The notes: a model not told the origin generated them from the sequence alone. Shown: positions 21,152 to 31,481, counted from the stretch's first letter. The stretch: 64,000 nt of DNA from an uncultured Chthonomonadaceae bacterium (GCA_963817895.1 CAWFQB010000001.1:128001-192000); one strand, 5' to 3'. Numbers and translations are program-made.

Positions 21152-22285
21152 CTAAAGAGCCGGTATTTGATATGCCGAGCGCGGATTACAGCCTTGCAGG
21201 ATTACCAGCCCCCCGCCCCCGGTCTGTTCTTCCAATGTGTATTCGATGGGCAGGAATTGCTGCGCCACAAACAGCACAGTACGCAGATGATCCGTGACAA
21301 GTGGGGTTGTCCAGCGGCTTTCCCCGGCAATCAGGGCGCAGGGCAGGACCAGTTGATCGGCCAGATGTTCGTCCGTTGCCGCGCTGCCACCCTGCCAGTT
21401 TTGAAAGCCGCGTATGGCGTCCGTTGCCACTCGCTCCATCGGTTTGCCGCGTTCGCCAAGTGATACCCAACCGCCCCGGCCGTTCTGACATTCGGCAATC
21501 AGCAGAACGCCCGCGCCCGCGCCGTTGCTGTCCAAACTCCGCTTTTCCACCTGAACGGGGACGCCGTAGCCCTTCAAGTTCCTTGCGGAATACCTCTTCG
21601 GCGCGGTCGGCAACATGGTCGGGCAGTTGCGATGTGGTGACAATGGCGCGAAGGGTTTGCAGCCTGCCCCGTTCCGTCAAATCATGGGGCGTATTCAGGC
21701 TGCCACCCCGCAATTCAAGGGCGATTTCACCCCCGCCGCGTGGAAAGAAGCCCGCCTTCAGACTGCGCATTGCCACATCCAATCCCAAACGCCGCAGCAG
21801 GGGCAGATACACGCCCTCGATGTAATCCGCAGTCGGCGACATCGGCACATGCGTACCGCCTAAAATGGTGGCGCGAAGGGTTGCGGCGCGCCACCCGTAA
21901 ACGCGGGCAGAAACGCGAGCGGCACAAGCAGGGTTTGCGCCACAAGCCCGGTTGCGCCCGCCGAAGCCCCGCCCCGCGCTTCCGCCACATCGAACCGGAA
22001 GCTATCCGCCTGCGCCTTTGCGCCCGGAACAAACCGGAGGAACTGCGAACCGAGTTCCGCGCCGTGCAGTGTGGCGTCGCACAACGCGCCCGCCGCCCGA
22101 ACGGACGTGAGATGCTGCGCCTGCAATCCCGGCTTGCTGCGCCGCGCCCGGATGTTGACGATTTCCACCGCCCGCCCGGTAATCGCCGCAAGCGAAACGC
22201 TGGTGCGAATGATCTGCCCGCCGCCCTCGCCAAACGCGCCGTCAATAGCAATCACCGGCAAATTTTCTTTCTCTGTCTTGCTCAT
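21152..22285 (-). CDS. rtcA: RNA 3'-terminal phosphate cyclase; two frameshifts
   Basis: IDGAFGEGGGQIIRTSVSL, PGLQAQH, GFFPRGGGE, DEHLADQL, TDHLRT across three ORF pieces. Confidence 0.9.
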
Positions 22286-22293
22286 AATGGTTC

Positions 22294-23532
22294 TTATCGG
22301 CGCGCAACATCGTAATGGTAAACAGGCAGTTTCCAGGGCTTGCGGTACTCGCGCATGTAGGAGGACGTGTCTTTGCCCGCTTTGCCCACGAATGTCCATC
22401 TTGTCTTTGCTCCAGCGCACGGTTTCGCCGCACAGAACGGACACGTTCGCGAGATGGCAGACAATCGTGGTTTGCGCCATGGACGACAGGTTGGAGCGGG
22501 GCTGTTCGCGGGATTTCATGCAGTCTATCCAGTTTTGCCAGTGATCGTTGGTGGCGGCGTGCGCTCTTTGGGCAACTGTTCGCCCTTCGGATCGAGGATT
22601 TCCCACCCGCCGCGCCACACGCGCACCGTCCGCCCGTCCGCGCTCACCCATTCCGTGCCGTGATCGGGCCGTCCGGGGAAATCGCGCCCCGTTTGCCAGT
22701 GCAGCACGAAATCCGGGTTTTGGAAGCGCATGATGGTTTGAACCGTATCGGGAGCCGTGCGGTCATCGTTCGGATAGGCGAATTTGCCGCCGAAGGAGGA
22801 GATTTCGTCTGGCATGGGCAGATCGGTATCGTGGCTCATGCCGAGCAGGGCGATATCCATCATGTGAACGCCCCAATCGCCCGTCATGCCCGTGCCGTAG
22901 TTGAGGAACCAGCGCCAGTTGCTATGGACATGGTTGGGCGCGTAGGGAATGCAGGGCGGCGGGGCCGGTCCACATATCGTAATCCAGATTGGCGGGCGGC
23001 GTGGAGGCGGGCGAATGCCCGACCTGCGCGTCATCGGTTTTCCAGGCGCGGGCGGTCACGATTTTGCCCAGTTTGCCCGACCGTACATACGCGACCGCGC
23101 TGGTAAACTCGCTGGTGCTGCGCTGCCACGTTCCGACCTGCACAATCTTCTTGTAGTGCTTCGCCGCCGCATCCATGCATTTTGCTTCGACAATATCATG
23201 CGAGATGGGTTTTTCGCAGTAACGCATCCTTGCCCGCTTCGACCGCATGGATCAGGTTCAGGGCGTGCCAGTTATCGGGCGTGCCGACGATCATGGCGTC
23301 AATGTCCTTGCGCTCCAGCATCTTGCGGTAATCGGAATAGAGGTCGGGCGCTTTGCCGTATTTTTGCGTGACGAACTTGATGTCTTCCGGCATCCGGTCT
23401 TTATCCACATCGCACAGGGCGGCGACGCTGATTTCGGGCTTGTCGGCAAGTATCCGCATATTGGACGCGCCCATGCCCTCCACATCCGATCAGTCCGAGT
23501 ACGATTTTATCATTCGCGCCAATGTTCGCCAT
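22294..23532 (-). CDS. Gfo/Idh/MocA family oxidoreductase; several frameshifts
   Basis: ATG 23532 after AAGGAG (MANIGANDKIVLGLIGCG); VGTPDNWH, YCEKPISH, QVGTWQRS, WRWFLNYGTGMTGDWGVH. Confidence 0.88.
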
Positions 23533-23548
23533 TGTCTTCTCCTTGTTG

Positions 23549-24220
23549 TCAGGGGGTAAACCATTTGTCCGGCGGGGTTTGGCTGGTATAGAATTGTTCC
23601 AGCCGAAAGGCTTTCTGATGCCCGTCCATCAGAGTCAGGTTTGCGCGCTGAAAATGCCGCGCGGCAGGCCGCGCGTCTGCATCATCGTTGAGCGGGTGTG
23701 AGGGCGCGGTCAGCTTGTAGGCGTTCGGGCGGTCTGTTTTCAGGTCGTCCCGCGTTCCCAATTCTCCCAGCATTAGCGTGTCGGCGGGCGTCTGGAAAGC
23801 CGCCAGCGTGACAAGGTTGGTCTTCAGGGCGTCGGGATCGGTAAGGTCGGGAAAAGTGATCTCGTTCAGGCCGTAGGAGTTGAGTTTGCCGTTTACATCA
23901 TCCGGGCAGCGGCGTATCTGATTGTTCTTGAGATAGGGCGCAATCAGCTCCGGCCACAATATGCCGTCGCCGCTTGCCGAGGGAATGGCAACCGGGGCCA
24001 GTGTCTCGTCATAATCCTGAATGTACATCAGCATACCCAAACCGATTTGGCGCGCGTTGCTGCCGCATTGCGCCTGCCTTGCCTTGCCCCGCGCCTGCGC
24101 AAAAACCGGAAACAGTATTGCCGCCAGAATCGCGATAATGGCGATGACGACGAGCAGTTCGATGAGGGTGAAAGCAGTGTTCGGTGTTCGGTGTTCGGTA
24201 TTCGGTATTAAAAGGCGCAT
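23549..24220 (-). CDS. Prepilin-type N-terminal cleavage/methylation protein (DUF1559-like)
   Basis: [35 protein letters not shown]-terminal H-X9-DG motif ([14 protein letters not shown]). Confidence 0.92.
   Translation of the reverse strand: MRLLIPNTEHRTPNTAFTLIELLVVIAIIAILAAILFPVFAQARGKARQAQCGSNARQIGLGMLMYIQDYDETLAPVAIPSASGDGILWPELIAPYLKNNQIRRCPDDVNGKLNSYGLNEITFPDLTDPDALKTNLVTLAAFQTPADTLMLGELGTRDDLKTDRPNAYKLTAPSHPLNDDADARPAARHFQRANLTLMDGHQKAFRLEQFYTSQTPPDKWFTP
24177..24209. repeat. Heptamer tandem repeat (GGTGTTC/GGTATTC) inside the prepilin leader
   Basis: Reads [10 protein letters not shown] on the minus strand; similar array at 53091-53116. Confidence 0.85.
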
Positions 24221-24239
24221 AAAGTTCTTCCTGTCGGAC

Positions 24240-24806
24240 TTATGAAGGCCGGAACATGACATCGGTGCGCAGGACGTATTTGCGCCCGCTGATTACAGGC
24301 GCTCCCTCATGCAATTGCAGATGGTCGAAAACCAGCGCCATGCCCTGACGTGGCGCGACATCTACTTTCAGCTGATCATTATCACGGTAAAACCTGGTGT
24401 TACCGCCCTTGTAGCCATCGTTCAGATAGATCATAAACGTGAGCAGACTCTCCTCGCCGTTGCCGCGCCGGAAACTGCCGTCGTAATGTGGCGCGAACGC
24501 CTGCCCCGGATCGTAGCGGTAGTAGCGGAACCGCTCATTCAGGCCAGTCAGACTCCATTTACCGCGCTGCGCCGGGAGAAACGGTCGAACGCGCTCGAAC
24601 AATTTTGCCGCGAGTGGAACATCGTCGTGGATCACGCGCTCATTGTTGCGAACGTCCTTCATCAGAATGGGCTTGCCGCCCATCATAATCGGCGCGTCGC
24701 CATAGCCCTCCTGTTCACTTTCCACAATAAACGCGGCGCACTCTTCGGGCGTCAAAAAGTCGTGAACAACAAAAATGAACTCGCCAGCCAGTTGTTCTTT
24801 GCGCAT
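24240..24806 (-). CDS. 2OG-Fe(II) oxygenase (prolyl 4-hydroxylase-like)
   Basis: [21 protein letters not shown] (HxD), [17 protein letters not shown]. Confidence 0.9.
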   Translation of the reverse strand: MRKEQLAGEFIFVVHDFLTPEECAAFIVESEQEGYGDAPIMMGGKPILMKDVRNNERVIHDDVPLAAKLFERVRPFLPAQRGKWSLTGLNERFRYYRYDPGQAFAPHYDGSFRRGNGEESLLTFMIYLNDGYKGGNTRFYRDNDQLKVDVAPRQGMALVFDHLQLHEGAPVISGRKYVLRTDVMFRPS

Positions 24807-24827
24807 GTGTGTTTTTCCTTTCTACGG

Positions 24828-24839
24828 TATAATAGCGAT
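24828..24839 (+). promoter_or_regulatory. -10 box (TATAAT) 6 nt before ATG; probable leaderless promoter
   Basis: ggTATAATagcgatATG, no SD. Confidence 0.5.
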
Positions 24840-25106
24840 ATGAACACAGCCACAAATGAAAAACTTATGAGCGAACTCTCCGGTCTCCACGCTCCCGTTC
24901 AAAAGTGGGAGATTGACACCGGCACGGATGCAACTGGCGAGAACGCCGTATGGATATGGGCCATCGTGGAGGATACGAAGTTGTCGCGCCTTTCACAGGA
25001 AGTTCGCGCCAGACTGCGCGACAGTGTGCGCGCTGCTGTAAGCCGCGCGGCGGAAAGCCCTGCGCTATCCGTGTATGTAAGATTTCGCGCCGCTTCGGAG
25101 GTTTAG
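24840..25106 (+). CDS. Small hypothetical protein
   Basis: MNTATNEK...DATGENAVWIWAIV...VYVRFR; protein-like 3' part of ORF 24309..25106. Confidence 0.65.
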   Translation: MNTATNEKLMSELSGLHAPVQKWEIDTGTDATGENAVWIWAIVEDTKLSRLSQEVRARLRDSVRAAVSRAAESPALSVYVRFRAASEV

Positions 25107-25170
25107 CGCGTGGCACTCCATTTATACTGTGTTGGTAACATGAAATTTAGTTAGAACTGGAGAAAACCAG

Positions 25171-25377
25171 ATGCAAGCTTTACGGTATGTTGTGGAAGTT
25201 GGGGCAGAGGGCAGGTTAGCCCTCCCGCTTATCAGCCTGAAAGAGGGAACTTCGGTTGAAATCATTGTCCTCGTGCGCGAACAAGAAGAGGATACGAGTG
25301 ATTTGTTGGCGGCTTCCACAAGCAGTTTAAGTTTTTGGGACAACCCGGTAGATGATGAGGTTTGGAATGACGCCTAA
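25171..25377 (+). CDS. Putative type II antitoxin (AbrB-like N-terminus, acidic FWDNPVDDEVWN tail)
   Basis: GGAG RBS; overlaps the toxin start. Confidence 0.8.
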   Translation: MQALRYVVEVGAEGRLALPLISLKEGTSVEIIVLVREQEEDTSDLLAASTSSLSFWDNPVDDEVWNDA

Positions 25378-25693
25378 ACAGCGAGACATCGTGCTGATTC
25401 CTGTTCCCTATACCGATCTGAGCAGCACAAAGCGGCGTCCGGTGCTTGTCCTTTCCAGTGATACGCACAACAGCGTATCGGCAGATATTGTAGTTGCTGC
25501 TATCACGTCCAATCTGGCTGCTGGCAGTACAGGCGTCCTCATTGATGCAGGCGATATGGAAACCGGAACACTGCCAAAACAGAGTTTGGTGCTGTCCGGC
25601 AAAATTTACACGTTGAGCAAAAGCATCATTGTCAAACATTATGGCCGCCTGAAGCCTGAACTATTGCAGCAAGTATTCGACGCGCCTTCATAG
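25367..25693 (+). CDS. PemK/MazF family toxin, C-terminus possibly clipped
   Basis: RDIVLIPVPYTDLSSTKRRPVLVLS, VAAITSN, LPKQSLV. Confidence 0.88.
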   Translation: MTPKQRDIVLIPVPYTDLSSTKRRPVLVLSSDTHNSVSADIVVAAITSNLAAGSTGVLIDAGDMETGTLPKQSLVLSGKIYTLSKSIIVKHYGRLKPELLQQVFDAPS

Positions 25694-26651
25694 GATGTGC
25701 CTATTGCAAGGTTCTTACGACTGGATTCCGGGTAAAAGTCAGCGTTCACATGAACTGGCAGACTGGTTTGCTGTTGTGTCGGCAACGTAGCGTAATACAA
25801 GCCTTGTGCGTTTGCAGCGTCGTGACAAATGGCAATCAGGACTTTTGATTGCCGTTTGGCTTCAATATAGCCGCTGTTGGCATGTCTTAACAGGGCGGCT
25901 TTCGCGTCGAAATTGCCCTCAAAAACATGCCAATCTGTCGCTTTTTCTCCGTTTAAGATTGTGGTTGTATTACCTTCTTGCTTGCGGAGAACAACTTTGG
26001 TGAGCGTTCCATTTCTTTTGATTTCAACACGGGTGACATGGCGTAGAAAGAGAACTGCCTGCGGTATGCTCACCGCTACTTTCTCGGCAAACTCCTCAAT
26101 ATCTTCCGGGCGAATAGCAGGAGAACCTAATCGTCTATGCAAGGTACATTCCGGGTCAGTTGACCAAGGCAAAATAAATCGCGTTCCATCAAAAGGTTCT
26201 ATTATATTCTGGCGGATACGTCTATCTTCCGTCTCTTCCGGGTGCATGCGCCAGTGACGGCTTCCAGAAATCAGTTCAGGATGAATTTCGTAAGTTGATA
26301 AACCGATACAAAGCCGAAGCCAAAGGCTCCTGTCGTTCCTTCTTGGTTTCGTTTGTCTCCTCCAGCCATGATTGTGAAACGATGAAAGTCGCATCGGCGG
26401 TTGATATTGGGATCAAGATTCCATGAACATTCATACTGAGTTAAATCGCCACAGTCCTTGAAAACGGAGTTATTTTCAACCATGAGGAACCCGTCACAAA
26501 CGTCAAAGATAACTTTTGTTGCCCCTGCATCATCAGCATTTTGAAGCAATTCATTTGCAAGAGTATCGTAGCCTCGGAGGTCACGTAGTTTGGCGTATAA
26601 TTCGCCAACATGATCAAAACCTTGTCGAATATGGGATGAGTTCTTGTTCAA
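25639..26651 (-). pseudogene. Truncated sacsin-like (Hsp90/GHKL-type ATPase) protein; frameshift near 26290
   Basis: NELLQNADDAGA, GAFGFGFVSVYQLT, GTRFILP, LFLRHV, LPVHVNADF; reads straight into the mazF 3' end; AT-richer than its flanks. Confidence 0.75.
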
Positions 26652-26783
26652 TCATTTTGTATCAGCCTCGGCAACACGGTGACGACAGAAATTTTGTACT
26701 TACAAGTCACAATGTATTACAGTTTGTTCTGCTTCCCTTACTGATTTTCCTGCTTATGCTGGTACTCCGCCAAACAAGCATTT

Positions 26784-27455
26784 TCAACGCCCAATCAGCA
26801 GATGATAATAACCGGTCAGGCCGTTGAGGACGAATTGCACGGCGAGGGCGGCGAGGGCGACGCCTAACACGCGGGTCGCGACGTGCGCGCCCGCTTTGCC
26901 GATGCGGGCCATCACGCGCTCGCCCAGCCACATCGCCAGCCACGTCACCCCGAACACCACAACCGTTGCCGCAAACAACGCGCCGGTCAAATGCGCCTGC
27001 CCCCGCGCCTGCGCCATTAGCAGCAGCAGGCTTGTCATCAGTCCCGGCCCGGTGAGCAGGGGAATGGCAAGCGGAAATATCGCCACATCCGGCGCGGGAT
27101 TGCCCTGTTCGTCCTGCTGCGCCGATTGCATTCCGCCCCGATTTCCGAACAGCATGGGCATGGCCGTGCCGAACAGCAGAATGCCGCCGCTGATGGCGAA
27201 CGCATGAACGCTCACGCCCATGTAGCGCAGGGCCGCGTCCCCCACGAAGAGGAAAAATACGGCAATGGCAAAGGCGGTCACAATGGCGCGGCGCAATACG
27301 CCCCGGCGCTCCGGCAGCGACATACCCTCCGTGAGCGCGGCGAACATCGGCAACATTCCGAGCGGGTCTACAATGACCAGCATCGTCACAAACGCGGTCA
27401 GAAAAAATTGAAATGTGGCTTGAAACATGAAGATAGCATACGCAATACTGTTCAA
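26784..27455 (-). CDS. MarC family membrane protein
   Basis: IVDPLG, FAISGGILLF, AIFPLAIPLLTGPG, TRVLGVALAALAVQF; start may be the internal ATG (MFQATF). Confidence 0.92.
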   Translation of the reverse strand: MNSIAYAIFMFQATFQFFLTAFVTMLVIVDPLGMLPMFAALTEGMSLPERRGVLRRAIVTAFAIAVFFLFVGDAALRYMGVSVHAFAISGGILLFGTAMPMLFGNRGGMQSAQQDEQGNPAPDVAIFPLAIPLLTGPGLMTSLLLLMAQARGQAHLTGALFAATVVVFGVTWLAMWLGERVMARIGKAGAHVATRVLGVALAALAVQFVLNGLTGYYHLLIGR

Positions 27456-27459
27456 GTAA

Positions 27460-27591
27460 GAGCCGCGCGTTGAAACTCGCGGCTGTGATAACGTAGTCTG
27501 CCTGCGCAGACTACACTTATTCGCAAAATTTCTCCGCCTTCAGTCCGCGCAGGCTGACTTCGTTATCACAGCCGGGGCATTTATTCCCCGG
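27460..27591. repeat. Inverted pair of REP-like units (AGTCCGCGCAGGCNGACT...CACAGCCG)
   Basis: 27460-27514 is the reverse complement of a unit resembling 27541-27591; third copy at 57861-57938. Confidence 0.75.
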
Positions 27592-28376
27592 ACTTCTTCG
27601 GGAAACATTTCCAGTTGTGTTTCGTCGTGTGCCGCGCCATTGGGTTCGGTTCCAATTTTGCTGTTTTTGCCGTTGGCGGCGTGTTTTTCCGAACCGTTTG
27701 CCGATGCGCGGCGTTTGGAACCGGTTCCATTCGAGGTTGACAGGGACTTTGCTTCGCCGTTGCGCTTGTGGGAGGCGCGAAGAGCAGTCGGCATGTTGCG
27801 CACCTGATGGCAGCGGCGGCAGCGGGCTTCATAAGTCTCGTCCGCGCCCACCAGAATCGTCGGCTCGTCCCAACCTGCGGGGCGTCCATTCACCAATCGC
27901 TGCGTTCGGCTCGCGTCCTGCCCGCACACCTTGCAAATGGCGTGAAGTTTCATCACGTTGTCGGCTAAAGCCATTAATTGCGGCATGAAACTGAACGGCA
28001 TGCCCCGGAAATCCTGATCCAATCCCGCCGCAATCACCTCCACGCCCCGATCCGCGAGACGCTGGCACATTGCCACCACGCCCTCATCGAAAAATTGCAC
28101 CTCCTCGATGCCAACAATCTGCACATCCGGTTCCAGCAGGCTCTCTATCGCCCGCGAGTCCGGCACGGTGAGCGCGGTAAACGTCATGCCGTCGTGCGTC
28201 CGTATCACGGTCGTATCGCAGCGCGTGTCCATTGCGGACTTGAAGACCTGTACGCGCTTGCGGGCATGCATCGCCCGCCGTACAAGCCGAATCAGTTCTT
28301 CGGTCTTGCCGGAAAACATGCTGCCACAAATAACGGTCAGGGAACCGGGCGGAGCTTTCAAAATAGACACGGGCAA
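27540..28376 (-). CDS. tdk: Thymidine kinase with C-terminal low-complexity extension
   Basis: ICGSMFSGKTEELIR, IEEVQFFD, AGLDQDFRG, AICKVCG, YEARCRRCH. Confidence 0.95.
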   Translation of the reverse strand: MPVSILKAPPGSLTVICGSMFSGKTEELIRLVRRAMHARKRVQVFKSAMDTRCDTTVIRTHDGMTFTALTVPDSRAIESLLEPDVQIVGIEEVQFFDEGVVAMCQRLADRGVEVIAAGLDQDFRGMPFSFMPQLMALADNVMKLHAICKVCGQDASRTQRLVNGRPAGWDEPTILVGADETYEARCRRCHQVRNMPTALRASHKRNGEAKSLSTSNGTGSKRRASANGSEKHAANGKNSKIGTEPNGAAHDETQLEMFPEEVRGINAPAVITKSACAD

Positions 28377-28392
28377 CGATCCTCGATACGGA

Positions 28393-28622
28393 AATTCACC
28401 ACCCGCTTCGCTAGAGACACAGAGACACAGAGAGGGAACACAGAGAGAATATAGGAGATAGGAGATACGAGGGGAGAATAGACAGGATTAACAGAATTTT
28501 CAGGATGGAACAGAATTATGTTGGAGAGGGTAGGCGTGTGGTTATTCCCTCTCGTATCTCGTATCTCGTATCTCTTATCTTGTATCTTCTCTCTGTGTCT
28601 CTAGCGCAGCGGGTGGTGAATT
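28393..28622. repeat. Nested composite inverted-repeat element
   Basis: Outer arms aattcaccacccgc..ctagagacacagaga / tctctgtgtctctagcg..gcgggtggtgaatt; middle GATACGA/TCGTATC heptamer arms; core CAGGATTAA-type array. Confidence 0.9.
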
Positions 28623-29547
28623 ATCCTTTCAGGTTGGTTTGAAAAAAGGCTTTCAGGGTGGCGTCGTAAGTGGCGCGTTCTTCCGAGTTGATGCGGACGT
28701 GCCACGAGCGGGGCCACAAAGTCAGAGTTTTGGGCTGTTGCGCGGCTTCGTACAGGGCGCGGGCGTCGTTGGGGTTGACGATTCGATCCCGCGCGCCGTG
28801 CATCAGCAAGACGGGACGGGGCGCGATTTGCGCGATCACATTGAGCGGCGATACGGATACCGGGTCGGCGTCCATCCAGCGTTTGCCCCAGTACGCGGCG
28901 GGACGGGAAAAGGCAAGCCCTGCCGGACCCAGTACCGACCGCCCCCTCTGGTCAATGGCGCGATCCAGACTGGCATACGCGCCGTGCGTGGCAACGGCCT
29001 GCAAACGCGGTTCCTGCGCGGCCGCCATCAGGCACACGGCCCCGCCCATGGAAATGCCATACGCGCCCATAGGCAAGCCGTCCATTTCCGGGCGCAGCGC
29101 AAGCGCGTCTACCGCGCCAAGCAAATCCTTCACTTCATGATACCCGATGGAGCATAGCGTTCCCTCGCTTTGTCCCAATGCGCGAAAATCAAACAGCAGG
29201 GTATGATAGCCCGCGTGGTGCAATAATCGCGCCCAGGGCAGCATCTCCACGCGGTTCATCGGATGCCCGTGACACAAAATCACGCCGCCCCGCGCCTGTC
29301 CATTATCGGGGTTTGCGGGCGCGAACCATCCTGAAATTTTCAGGCCGTCCCGCGAGTTGAAAGGTAATATCTTCCCATTCGGGGTCGCCGTCGCGCCGAA
29401 AGCGCATAACCGGCAGGCGCGCGGGGTGGGTGGCAAGCCACGCATACGCCAGCGTCCCCGCCGCCCACCCCGCGCCCGCCAGCAGTAATCCCGCGCCGAC
29501 CAGTCCGGGCGATAGCCGGCTTTTTCCCGGTTCGTGCAGCCTGCCAC
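28621..29547 (-). CDS. Alpha/beta hydrolase with N-terminal membrane anchor; 5' frameshifts
   Basis: DGLKISGWF, ILCHG, FDFRALGQSEG, GISMGG, MHGARDRIV. Confidence 0.88.
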   Translation of the reverse strand: MAGCTNREKAGYRPDWSARDYCWRARGGRRGRWRMRGLPPTPRACRLCAFGATATPNGKILPFNSRDGLKISGWFAPANPDNGQARGGVILCHGHPMNRVEMLPWARLLHHAGYHTLLFDFRALGQSEGTLCSIGYHEVKDLLGAVDALALRPEMDGLPMGAYGISMGGAVCLMAAAQEPRLQAVATHGAYASLDRAIDQRGRSVLGPAGLAFSRPAAYWGKRWMDADPVSVSPLNVIAQIAPRPVLLMHGARDRIVNPNDARALYEAAQQPKTLTLWPRSWHVRINSEERATYDATLKAFFQTNLKG

Positions 29548-29560
29548 TTCTAAGCCCGTC

Positions 29561-29589
29561 TTGACAATCTAAAGCATTGTGTTTATACT
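29561..29589 (+). promoter_or_regulatory. Sigma70 promoter TTGACA-N17-TATACT
   Basis: Near-consensus boxes with 17-bp spacing, upstream of the 29722 gene. Confidence 0.7.
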
Positions 29590-29721
29590 GATGTGCGGCA
29601 TTACGAAAGTTTGAAAACAGCATATTTCGGTCAACTCATTTCTTTATTCTCTTTATGTTGATGGAGGAGGACGCAACAAGTTGTGTCCTTACGGGGCGGG
29701 TTATTGTTGCAGGAGCGCCAG

Positions 29722-30393
29722 ATGGCAGATCAGGAACCGAACAACAGCGCGGAGGCTTTGCCCCCGGCATACGAGGGTTGGGAAAGCGAGCGCGACACGG
29801 AACGCGCGAAAATCACCATTCGCGTGATGGCAATCGTGATTCTGCTGGGAACCGCGTTCTGGTTGCGCGGGCATGACGGAACCGTAGCGGTTTCCGTTCG
29901 CGTTCTGCTGGCTCTGGCGGTCGGGGCGGGCGTAATGACGTTGCTGGAAACCCTGTTTTTGTACCGTCCCAATTGCGTGACCATTCCGCGCAGTTTCAAA
30001 TACGTTACGGTCGCCGGAGACATGGCGTTTGTGTCCATCCTGATCTTCACTACGGGCGGCGCGCGCAGTCCGTTTTTCTTTGTTTACTTTGTGTTTCTGA
30101 TTTCCAACTGCCTGCGCTACGGCCTGCGCATGAGCCTGTTTGTCGCCCTCGTGTTCAACATCTGCTACGCGCTGGTGTTGGGATTGGCTCCCACAACGGA
30201 AGCGCAGGCGTCGGTACAGGGCGGCGAGGGGCTGAAATTCTTAGCGTTCTGGGCGATTGCGTTTTACGGCGGCAGCGTTTCGGAGCGTTTCCGGCGTCAA
30301 GCCAATCAACTGCGCGTGTATGAGGAGAGCCTGCTGGAACTGCGCGCGCAACTAAAAGCGGCTTCTGCGTCGAAAGAGGAGGAAACGCCATGA
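29722..30393 (+). CDS. Membrane protein resembling the TM input region of sensor kinases/GGDEF proteins
   Basis: AGGAG RBS; 5-6 TMs, TGGARSPFFFVY, RYGLR; short coiled-coil tail and no output domain. Confidence 0.75.
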   Translation: MADQEPNNSAEALPPAYEGWESERDTERAKITIRVMAIVILLGTAFWLRGHDGTVAVSVRVLLALAVGAGVMTLLETLFLYRPNCVTIPRSFKYVTVAGDMAFVSILIFTTGGARSPFFFVYFVFLISNCLRYGLRMSLFVALVFNICYALVLGLAPTTEAQASVQGGEGLKFLAFWAIAFYGGSVSERFRRQANQLRVYEESLLELRAQLKAASASKEEETP

Positions 30394-30647
30394 CACTGCC
30401 GCCGGAATCCTCAGAGCAAGGCGAATCGAGCCGTTCCGTGTCTCACTCTTCCCATCTGAAACCCCTGCGCGTGACGGGCAACATTCTCGCGTATGCCGTC
30501 GTCGGAGCCATTCTTGCGGGCGCAGGATTATTGATTGTCACAGTTCTACACGTTTCACCCTGGCTGTTCCTGCTGTACCCCGTTCTGATTGGAATCCTGC
30601 TCGTTTCTCTGAGCGTCATCGTCCTGCATCTGCTGCACCGTTTTTAG
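30390..30647 (+). CDS. Small 2-TM hypothetical protein
   Basis: ATGA overlap with the upstream gene; GAGGAGG RBS. Confidence 0.7.
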   Translation: MTLPPESSEQGESSRSVSHSSHLKPLRVTGNILAYAVVGAILAGAGLLIVTVLHVSPWLFLLYPVLIGILLVSLSVIVLHLLHRF

Positions 30648-30661
30648 CAACGTCTCAACGC

Positions 30662-31441
30662 TCAATGCTTAACGTTTAACCGCCTTTGCGCTTCTACTGC
30701 CCGCACGTTCATTTCGGTTTCGAGGGCGGCGCGGACGGCTTCCAGAACGTCGTCTTTGGCATTGGCGGGAACCATGATCGGTTCGCCTATCACGACGGCG
30801 GCGCGGCAAAAGGGGAACGGAATTTCAAAGCGATCCCACTGATCCAGGTGGAAACCGGATGAGATCGCCGCGCCGAGCGGAACCAGCATCACGCCCGACT
30901 TTTTGGCGAGAAAGGCGGGGCCGGCTTTAGCTTTGTAAATCGGGCCGGCAGGGCCATCGGCGGCAATTACCGATCCGGTTCCCTTGCGCAGCATTTCCAC
31001 GAACTTCATCACGCCCCGCGACTCGCTTTTGAACTGCGAAGCGTCCAGAACGCTGTATCCCATGCGCTCGATTAGTTTCAGTGTCCAGTGACGCAGGAGC
31101 AGCAGATGTTGAGGGTAATTGTCTTCCCGCGTGTGCGAAGCGTACAGGCACAAATGTTCGTTGCGGAACGTGGTCATGGAAAGCAGTCCCTGCCCGTGCC
31201 AGATCACCATGAGCGGATTGTGGCCCGACCGTTTCACCTCCTGCAAGCGTTCCATGCCGTACACCCGCAGGTCAATGGTGTTTTCAAACAGCAGAAAACT
31301 GTCAATCAGTATGCCCGTAACGGCGAACTGGAACCACGCGACGATGCGCTGCCGCCACTGCCGCCACACAGGTAAGGCAGTATCCGGCGCGTCCGGCGAG
31401 GTTTCGGGAGGAGAAGCGGCAGCTACAACGACTTCCGACAT
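30662..31441 (-). CDS. Lysophospholipid acyltransferase family protein (DUF374)
   Basis: VIWHGQ, AADGPAGP, LAKKSG, WDRFEIPFPF. Confidence 0.85.
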   Translation of the reverse strand: MSEVVVAAASPPETSPDAPDTALPVWRQWRQRIVAWFQFAVTGILIDSFLLFENTIDLRVYGMERLQEVKRSGHNPLMVIWHGQGLLSMTTFRNEHLCLYASHTREDNYPQHLLLLRHWTLKLIERMGYSVLDASQFKSESRGVMKFVEMLRKGTGSVIAADGPAGPIYKAKAGPAFLAKKSGVMLVPLGAAISSGFHLDQWDRFEIPFPFCRAAVVIGEPIMVPANAKDDVLEAVRAALETEMNVRAVEAQRRLNVKH

Positions 31442-31481
31442 GAGGCGGTTCCCTGTCTTCAACGCGGTGCCGTAAAATAAG

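Noticed and set aside
23549..24220. Prepilin-type gene as evidence for a type IV pilus or T2SS locus
   Set aside because: Solitary DUF1559-type gene; such genes are dispersed multi-copy families, and no secretion machinery is nearby.
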